Of a stretch of DNA of 64,000 bases, positions 54,975 to 64,000 are shown in pieces. The notes under the pieces were generated by a model that searched no databases, was not told where the DNA came from, and worked only from the letters and a program-made list of their open reading frames with translations. The DNA is from the human T2T-CHM13v2.0 reference genome, Homo sapiens. Position 1 is the stretch's first letter. Each line of letters opens with the position of its first letter. The position numbers and the translations under genes are program-made. Where the stretch lies: NCBI RefSeq assembly GCF_009914755.1, contig NC_060929.1, one strand, 5' to 3'.

Positions 54975-55866
54975 CTGTTGGGGCCACAGCGGTATCTCCC
55001 ATCTGCACACTCTTCTAGAACCTTGCCACTCTCTCCTCAAGAGGAAAATTTGAATCCCTCTCTGTTGAGTTTAAGCTGGTCATATTACTTATATACAAGA
55101 AAATGTGATGATATTTGGTATCTAATCAGCATGGGCTGCTATAAGCAAATACCACAGGCTTGAGCAACACAAAGGTATTAGTCACAGATCACACATCTGG
55201 AGGCTGGGAAGTCCAAGTTTAAGGTGCCAGCAGATCCAGTGTCCGGTGAGGCCCCACTTCCTGGTTGGCAATTGTCCATCTTTTCCTTGTATCCTCACAT
55301 GGCTGAGAGCAGGGTGTGAAAGCTCTCTGTAGCCTTGTTTTATAAGAGCACTAATCCCATTCTGGTGGGCTCCACCCTGATGGCTGAAAAACTTCCCAAA
55401 GGCCACTACTCCTAAAATAATCACATTGGGGACAGGATTTCAATGCTTGAAAGTTTGGAGTGAGGACACAAATATTCAGTCCATAATGTGTGACTTCTAG
55501 TCTGAGTCAGTAGAAGATATGCAGCTTCTTCCTGGCTCTCTTAGAACACTGGTTCTCAGATTACTCCTTCTTGGAACACTGCCTCTCAGAACCTGCCATA
55601 ATGCGTGGGAGCTCAAGACACAAGGAAAGTCCACACTCTTTCCAAGACTGTGTTCAACAGTCTCAGCTGAATGTAGCTTTGGGTCATCCAGTACAAATGC
55701 CAGATGTGAATGAAGGCTCTGGGAATTAGAGCTCAAACCTTTCAAACCATCTTAGCTGAGGCTCCAGACAGTGTGAAATCACAGGAATCTCTTTCTAATG
55801 TGCCGGTTCTAACTCTTGAACCACAGAGAAAAAAGGTTGATTATTTTGACTACATAACTAAAAAAC
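54975..55866 (+). mobile_element. MaLR LTR, MLT1G/H-like, split by a younger LTR
   Basis: CTTGCCACTCTCTCCTCAAGAGG...TGTGACTTCTAG...GCAGCTTCTTCCTGGCTCTCTTAGAACACT...AGCTGAGGCTCCAGACA. Confidence 0.65.
55118..55487 (-). mobile_element. MaLR solo LTR, MLT1A-like
   Basis: GGGCTGCTATAA...TGGAGGCTGGGAAGTCCAAG...GCACTAATCCCATT...GACACAAATATTCAGTCCATAA. Confidence 0.85.
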
Positions 55867-56617
55867 ACATACAGTTTAAATGAGACTTAAAGCAACAAAA
55901 ATAAAATAAATAGTACCTGAAAAATATATAAAATGCAAATAATCTGCATTATTATATCTTGTTATATAAGAGTTTCCAAAATTTAATAAAGAAAAAGGAA
56001 AGCAACATCAAAATGTACATAAGGAAAAATTCATAGATGATGGAACTCACATACACAATACCTATATGAACATATAAAATTGTACTTAAGTATGGTATTT
56101 TACTCAAGATAAAGTTTAATTATAAAAAACAAAATCAAACACAAATGACAGAACAATTCACACTTAAGAGGGAGTCTTCAGCTGCATCTCTAACATTAAT
56201 TTTTTCACATTATTACTAGTAAATATGAGAACTTATTTACAAAGTAACAATTTTGAGTTTTGTATGTATTGGTGCTGCTCCATTACTCTATTTTGTTGTT
56301 GTTGTTTTGATACACTTAATATTTAATTAAAAGAAATTGTGTTGCTCTATCCCATGCCATTGAACTTTGATTAGAGATCTTTACAGTCAGTGAAATTAGA
56401 AAGAATGTGTTATACTAGCAGTAAAACACAGGTTTTTTTTTTCTCCAGCAATATTCAATACCAAATAACAATGAAGCGGCATCCAAAATTTTCTTAGGAA
56501 AAAATGTAGCTTAAATGTACGCTACCATAATACATTAAAAAAAAACATAAAATAACAAAGAACACTCTGGAACATAAAAAAAGATGAAAGATTTCAAAAT
56601 CACAGCACCTATGAGTT

Positions 56618-56699
56618 GGATATGATTTGAATATGTGTACCCTTTAAATCTTATGTTGAAATGTGGTGTCCAGTGTTGGAGGTGGGGCCTGGTGAGAGG
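56618..56699 (+). mobile_element. MST-type LTR 5' fragment
   Basis: GATATGATTTGAATATGTGTACCC...ATGTTGAAATGT...GTGTTGGAGGTGGGGCCTGGTG. Confidence 0.75.
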
Positions 56700-56704
56700 C
56701 CCCA

Positions 56705-57930
56705 TCAGCATTCACATGTTTACTGCAGCAGTATTTACAATAACATGTATGGAATTAACCTAAGTGGTTATCAATTGATAACTGGATTTAAAAAAAAGTG
56801 GTGTGTATAAGTGTTATATATATATGCGTGTGTGTGTGTGTGTATATACACACATAGTATGTGTATATATATATAGTATGTGTATATGTATATACACATA
56901 CTATATATATACACATAGCATGTGTATATATATACACATAGTATGTGTATATATATACATAGTATATATACACATTATATATACATAGTGTATATATATA
57001 CACATTATATATACATAGTATATATATATATACACATTATATATACATAGTATATATACACATTATATATACACATAGTGTATATATATACACATTATAT
57101 ATACATAGTATATATATATATACACATTATATATACATAGTATATATACACATTATATATACACATAGTATATATATACACATTATATATACACATAGTA
57201 TATATATACACATTATATATACACATAGTATATATATACACATTATATATACACATAGTATATATACACATTATATATATACAAATTATATATATAAACA
57301 TAGTATATATATACACATTATATATATACACATAGTATATATATACATAGTATATATGAGACTAAAAGCAACAAAAAATAAAAGTATATACTATGTATGT
57401 AGTATATATATACTATGTATGTACATATATATACACACACACAGTATATAAATACTGTGGGTATACAGAGTATATATACTGTGCATATATTTATATACAC
57501 ACACACACACATATATATATACACACAAACACACAATGGAATACAACTCAGCTATAAAAAGGGATAAAATGGTGTCATTTGCAGCAGCATGGATGGAACT
57601 GGAGGCCATTATCTTAAGTAAAATAACTCAGAAATAAAATCCAATAAAATCAAATACTACATTTTCTCACTTATAAGTGGGAGCTAAATAGTATATACAC
57701 ATGGGCATAGAGCGTGGAATAATAGACACTGGAGAATTGGAAGTGGGGAAAGTGGGAGGAGACTGAGGGATGAGAAATTAAGATGAGTGTCTTAATGCGT
57801 ACACTATGTGTGTGACAGCAACACTGAAAGTCCAGACTTCACCACTACACAATATATCCATGTCAGAAAACTGCACTTACACTTATAAATCTACAAAAAT
57901 TAAAAATTTAAATAAATTTAAAATTTTTAA
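56705..57930 (+). mobile_element. L1 3' end (L1MA3/L1PB4-like) with a large internal simple-repeat expansion
   Basis: CATGTTTACTGCAGCA...GCAGCATGGATGGAACTGGAGGCCATTAT...CCAGACTTCACCACTACACAATATATCCATG. Confidence 0.85.
56950..57355. repeat. AT-rich ~30-bp minisatellite (CATTATATATACACATAGTATATATATACA)n
   Basis: Exact 30-bp units at 57151, 57181 and 57211, flanked by variant 28-32 bp units. Confidence 0.92.
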
Positions 57931-60170
57931 AATAGCATGGGATATTCTTTAGAATAGACTTTTTGGTAAGCCATAAAACAAACCTCAATAATTTTTAAAG
58001 AGTACAAATACCTCATGCTTTCATAAAGATAGTAATAATAATAACCTATCACAATAGTTAATTAGATTTTAAGTTATAAAATTTATTGTTATTTATAGCC
58101 AATGCAGGCTTTCTAAAATTTTAATCTATTAACTCAAACTCCACTTTTAGAGATGGAGATCAGGAAGCTCATGTCATCTTATAAAAATATTTAGCACAAG
58201 TGAAAATTGTGAGAAAAAACTTTATCAACTTGAAACTGGGAATGAAGACAACCACAGTGGAAACTGCAGATCATTAAATTGATTGCTGTTCAGTATAATA
58301 ACCGAGTGTTCGTTAACCTGCTTTTCCCCAGTGAATATAGGCACACTTTATAAGAAATCAACTAATGTCTAGCATGTGTGATTTTTTTTTCCTTTTCTAA
58401 GATGAAACCATGCTACAAAACTTTAGAGCATATATCTGAGTTACATTCACTTCTTCATATCAATAAAATCATTACCCATGAAATAAACTGTTTTGGTGAG
58501 TGATAGAAACTGCTGGAGACCATCTTGCTCTATTAGGATTTCTAAAGCCACTTTGCATTCATATGAATCATGGCTAATGTAGAGGGTGAAGAGTCTGGGG
58601 AGAAAAATGTTAAAATCAGGAAATATGAAGTTTTGGTTGCCAAGGTTTGTGGGGAATAAGTAGTTGGGATTTGGGGATAGGTTATTTCACAAAATATTGA
58701 TTGTGAACAAAACCCATGAACAAAAGAATATTATACTTGACTGAACATTGAGAAGGTAATTTTTAGTGAAAGAGAATAAGAATATCACTAGGGATCTTGT
58801 ATCCTTTTAACTCCATAATGAGTATGTAGTATATACAGAGTTTAAAGAGGGGCTTTTGTAAAAAAAAAAAAAAAAAAAAAATTAAAAGTGTAACACTTTC
58901 TATTCTCTTCCAGGAATGCAACTGGTAGGATCTTTCCACAAAGATCAAGAGTGCAAGGAAGCAGGAGGCTCAAATTGTCCACAGTCAGGTATAATGAAGT
59001 TGTGCAGAAAAAAACAAAAATCAACACTTATTTGAACACTGGACTTATATGATTTAAAAAGTTCAAGGTTGATTTTACTGCCAATAGTAAGGTTTGATGT
59101 GTGTTTTTCTATGTGTAGCCTACTCTCTTCCCTTCATACATTTGAATTAAAGCAACCTTCTCCTTCTGTCTTCAATGACCTCCCCCGACCCATTTCCTGT
59201 GAATTCATTTCAGTCGTCTTTTAAAACTTAGCTCAAGGCTCGTTACCCAACTTACAACAATTTTCTTAGAAATAAGTGCACATCTATTCTTCATGTAAAT
59301 TTTGGTATTCACAGTAGTTACTGTATGCCTGTTACTACAATAGAAATTGGCCTGAAATAGAGATTAAGTTTCCATAGATAAGAAATTAATCAAGAGATTC
59401 TGAATATAATCTTTCTTGGCTGTCAATAGTTTCAAATGCCTGTAGTTCACATTTCCCATTCTTAAGAAGGTTGAGACAACCAAATTAATTTTAGTAGCTT
59501 CCAGGCTTCCCAGATGACAGGTATGTCCTTGTGTGTATGAAAGTAAGCTACCTGTGCGGGCCTAAGAACTTTATGTGGAGGGAAAGAGAGTAAGCATGGT
59601 ATGATGGCAGAAGTTGAAGCAACCACCAAGATGATTATTTACCTTTACCTTGAAAAGGAAATCTTAACTAGAAAATATGAATAGAACAATACTTTCTCAT
59701 CTAACTTGTATTATAACAAGAATTCAAGAAATACAAAAAATTATTTGCATATCAGTCACTGAGCACTGTGGAAGAGCAACACAGCATGTGCTTATAGCAG
59801 TTTAAAGAGCTTAGCATGTCATGTGCATGCATAAGCCTGTAAAAATATCTGGTGGCAGTTCAATGACAGCTTCACAGCAAGTGAAATATTTCCAAATACA
59901 TGAAGGTTGAGAAGGCTTCAGGAAGTATGATTTTTCAATTTCAAATGAACAGACTATGTGTGAATTGTAGCTGGTGAAACAAAATAAAAATATCTTTTCA
60001 CAGACAAGTGACAATGTTTCAAATCACAGATTTGCAGGATGAATGAATATAATCCTGAAAGAGTTTTATAAAAAGAAAAAAAAAAGGAAAGAATGATATA
60101 TGAGGCAAGTTTTGTATGAAAATAAATAACTAACATCGGGGTAAATATTAAGGAAACTAACATTGTGACA

Positions 60171-60216
60171 TTGTGTGTGTGCATGTGTGTGTGTGTGTGG
60201 GTGTGGGTGTGTGTGT
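60171..60216. repeat. (TG)n imperfect microsatellite
   Basis: Directly visible in the sequence. Confidence 0.85.
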
Positions 60217-60316
60217 TTGATGAGTATCTGATGTATTAGGATTTCAAAAAAAACAGGACTAATAGTATATATGTGTAATATTGTCTATGTATATACATGC
60301 AACAAAACACCCTCTA

Positions 60317-60929
60317 GACTGTAAACTAGTTCAACCATTGTGGAAGTCAGTGTGGCGATTCCTCAGGGATCTAGAACTAGAAATACCATTTGACCCAGCC
60401 ATCCTATTACTGGGTATATACCCAATGGATTATAAATCAGGCTGCTATAAACACACATGCACACATATGTTTATTGCAGCACTATTCACAATAGCAAAGA
60501 CTTGGAACCAACCCAAATGTCCAACAATGATAGACTGGATTAAGAAAATGTGGCACATATACACCACGGAATACTATGCAGCCATAAAAACGGATGAGTT
60601 CATGTCCTTTGTAGGGACATGGATGAAGCTGGAAGCCATCATTCTCAACAAACAATCGCAAGGACAAAAAACCAAACACCACATGTTCTCACTCATAGGC
60701 GGGAATTGAACAATGAGAACACTTGGACACAAGAAGGGGAACATCACACACCGGGGCCTGTTGTGGGGTGGGGGGAGGGGGGAGGGATAGCATTAGGAGA
60801 TATACGTAATGTTAAATGATGAATTAATGGGTGCAGGACACCAACATGGCACATGTATATATGTGTAACAAACCTGCACATTGTGCACATGTACCCTGAA
60901 ACTTAAAGTATAATAAAAAATTAAAAAAA
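60317..60929 (+). mobile_element. 5'-truncated young L1PA (PA3-PA5-like): ORF2 C-terminus and 3'UTR
   Basis: Peptide CKLVQPLWKSVWRFLRDLELEIPFDPAI...HMFSLIGGN*, G-rich tract and ACTTAAAGTATAATAAA end. Confidence 0.95.
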
Positions 60930-61199
60930 GAGTACATATAAAGTACAGAACAAAATATAGATGATTATGTGTATACATGTATACGCACTCATACAAAGAG
61001 GGAGAGTGAACAAAAATGATAAAACAAATAGGATGAAATGTCAGCAATCAATAAACCTGGGTAAAAAAAAAAAGTATGTATGAGACTTCCCTGTGAGTAT
61101 AACAAATAAATGATAATAACAATGACAAATAAAGGTATTTACATAGCAATAATAAACAAAGGATACAAATAAGGATAATTATAGAAATAATTACAGATC

Positions 61200-61795
61200 A
61201 ATCTCAGAGGAAGAAGGGAAGGCTCAGCTAAGAAACTGATACATAAGCTTAGGCTTAAATTAGAAGGCAGCCAGGAGTAAAATATATATGTATACTTTAT
61301 ATATTTATATACTTTATATGTATAGTTTTATATACTTATATATAATTTACATGTGTATACACACATATATTTAAGTATTATATAAAAGTAAAAAACATAT
61401 GCAAAATCCTGAAGGTGAGAAATAAAAGTAATTTGAGGAGACCAAAATGGTTACAGGTGCTAAAGTTGAGAGTGGAGGGTGACCAGGCAAGAAAGGCAAA
61501 CCACAGAAGACCCACATAGGTCCATTCTCCATCGATTGAAGAAATCAGACTTTATTTGCTGGGGTTAAAGTGCTCTTGAAGTTTTCAACAAAGGAATTAC
61601 TTGGAAATTATTTTAGTTCAATATCTGGAGATAATTAAAAGTGGGCAAGTCTAGATTAACAAGACAATTTAAGAGATTGTTGCAGTAGTTTAAGTGTGAA
61701 ATGTATCACTGATTTGAACAAGTATACTGGCAGTTGGAATGCAGAGAACGAAATATACTAAAAACAGAATTTGGTATAGAGGTCACAAGAAAAGA
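61200..61795 (-). mobile_element. L2 relic
   Basis: CATATGCAAAATCCTGAAG...GACTTTATT...GAGATTGTTGCAGTAGTTTAAGTGTGAAA...GGCAGTTGGAATGCAGAGAA. Confidence 0.6.
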
Positions 61796-61803
61796 AGTGA
61801 GGC

Positions 61804-62128
<325 letters not shown>

Positions 62129-62537
62129 TTATTGTGTTAGGGTTTCAGGTACTCTGTTAACTACAATGGGTTAGAATGAAAAACACACATTAAATGTGAT
62201 TTTTGGATGGCAGTCTGCAATTCTTCCCACCATAAACATCCAAACATGACCCTGTATGACTGACTAAAAATGAAATATTCAGGATACAACACTAATTCTC
62301 AGTTATATGACACCTGTCTAAGAACCAAGTTTCTGAGTCACATATTGGACCAGTTGGTCACTCAAAAATATTCTATTTCAGAAGTCTTTAATTGAAACAC
62401 CTGACTCTGATCTCATGCTTCCGTTTTGTGAACTTGCTGACTCAGTTCTTCCCATCATATCTGTTCCTAAACTTTACTGAAAATTCCTAATCCAGACCTA
62501 TTTATTTATTTATTGATGTTTTTCCATCTTCTCTTGA

Positions 62538-62696
62538 TAGCATGGACTCTGGAGCTAAACTGCCTGGGTTTATAATAAAACTGGTCTCCACTTACATTGC
62601 GGAGCAAATGTGTTAACTTCTCTGCACACTGTGTGCACAGTTTTTTTTTTTTTTGATATGCAAACAAGGATCACATTTGCACCTACTTACAAGGGT
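62538..62696 (+). mobile_element. MIR relic
   Basis: AGCATGGACTCTGGAGCTAAACTGCCTGGGTT...TTAACTTCTCTG...ACCTACTTACAAGGG. Confidence 0.65.
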
Positions 62697-62735
62697 CCTA
62701 AGGTCCTGGCATGACGGCACTATGCAACTGAGACC

Positions 62736-62833
62736 TGGATGGATGGATGGATGGATGGATGAACAGAGGCATGAATGGATGGACAGGTAGGTAGATAGGT
62801 AGGTAGGTAGGTAGATAGATAGATAGATAGATA
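62736..62833. repeat. Compound (GGAT)n/(AGGT)n/(AGAT)n STR
   Basis: Directly visible in the sequence. Confidence 0.92.
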
Positions 62834-63334
62834 ATTGTATTCTGTATTACCCTTCTTCAAATCTTCATTAGCTTTTTAATCTTGCTCAGAATGAAATGGA
62901 AGCCTTTTATTGTGAATTACCTATCTCTATAAAATACAAGTTTAGGTCCCTAAACATTATGTGATTTAGTCTACTCTTTGAGTAACACTCTTGCAAAGCA
63001 CTGATTTAAGTGAATTATGATTAGTCCCTATCCTTCAGTAGATCACAAGTCCTTTGATGAACTCAAACTACATTTTTACCTCAGAATCTGTAGAATCTCA
63101 CATTTTCCTGGACAGATAGGTAATTAATAACTGTTTATTGCATAGATATGTTGCAAATTTACAGCTAAATCCATCCTCCATAGGCTAATCTTTATCTAGC
63201 TGACTAGTCCCAAGTAATTGCTGCATATGTTGTAATGGCTAAGCCTTTTAAGAATGCTTGGCATCTCGGTATGTCTCAGGATTAAACTTAATAATGTCAA
63301 GAGAACTTCCACAGTGGCTTATGTGTATGTGTCA

Positions 63335-63463
63335 ATCTTCTCCATTAGATTGCAAATCCCTATATTGAAGAAACTGTATTTGATTCACTTCTCTATGCTT
63401 CACAGCATCTCAGCACAGTACCTTGCATTTAATCAGCCCTCAATACAAATTGTGTTAAACTGA
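63335..63463 (+). mobile_element. L2 3' end relic
   Basis: CCATTAGATTGCAAATCCC...GATTCACTTCTCTAT...CAGCATCTCAGCACAGTACCTTGCA...CTCAATA. Confidence 0.65.
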
Positions 63464-64000
63464 GTTATACCTTCCTTCAAAATCCAGCTCAGATGTCACA
63501 TCTAGACAAGACTTCCCTGAGTCTCTCATGCAGAACCAATCATTGCCTATGCTGTAGTAAGGATTGACTTTGACTGTTAGAAGGATTAATCTGCCCTTTA
63601 AATATGAAAATTTCTCACCTACACACAGAGTGGATATGGGACTAAACAGAACAAACTATAGTTCTCTTCTCCTGGGCATAGGGATACATTGATTTGTCCA
63701 GAACAGGCATTTTACCAAAGCCAGGTCTCTTGGAGACATTTGCAAGAAGGCAAAAACAAAAATAAACAATAAAAAATTCAATAATTCAATACACAAATTG
63801 CAAGAGACAGAAACAGTATTCGATTCCCTAATGTTTCTGTTTCTTGCAATTGTGCCTTTATTTCTGTTCACTGTTCAGAATAAATTAAATTTATTCAAAT
63901 GTAGCTTTTGTAACTTGCAACCAATAGATTATAGAACAGTGCACTTTGTCTTATTGATAAACCAATAGTGTTGTCTATCTTTCCTTTCTTCTTTTTCCTG

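Noticed and set aside
56950-57355. Regular ~30-bp repeats as a possible CRISPR-like array
   Set aside because: The units are head-to-tail with no unique spacers, in primate DNA, so this is a minisatellite.
60281-60709. 142-aa ORF
   Set aside because: It is the C-terminus of L1 ORF2 in a 5'-truncated element, not a host gene.

Overview
This window is AT-rich, gene-poor primate (human-like) genomic DNA, identified by AluJ/S/Y, L1PA/L1PB/L1MA and THE1/MST/MLT content. I find no protein-coding gene, rRNA, tRNA or CRISPR array. The supplied ORFs are chance AT-rich frames, microsatellite translations or Alu/L1/LTR fragments. The window holds about 11 Alus, many L1 pieces, MaLR/ERVL/ERV1 LTRs, a near-complete MSTB provirus, a MADE1 MITE, MIR/L2 relics and simple repeats. 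I see no evidence of a new gene system. The most unusual signals are DNA-repair and rearrangement scars: a shuffled local duplication mosaic (11.4-12.15 kb vs 13.8-15.6 kb), a perfect 27-bp templated insertion copied from about 1 kb away, and an older inverted templated insertion in the same L1. Also notable are a twin-primed L1, a cryptic ERVL RNase H/integrase relic and a GC-richer E-box/M-box island that may be an enhancer. Subfamily names come from recalled consensus motifs and need RepeatMasker/Dfam confirmation. LTR strand is given relative to the usual consensus orientation.
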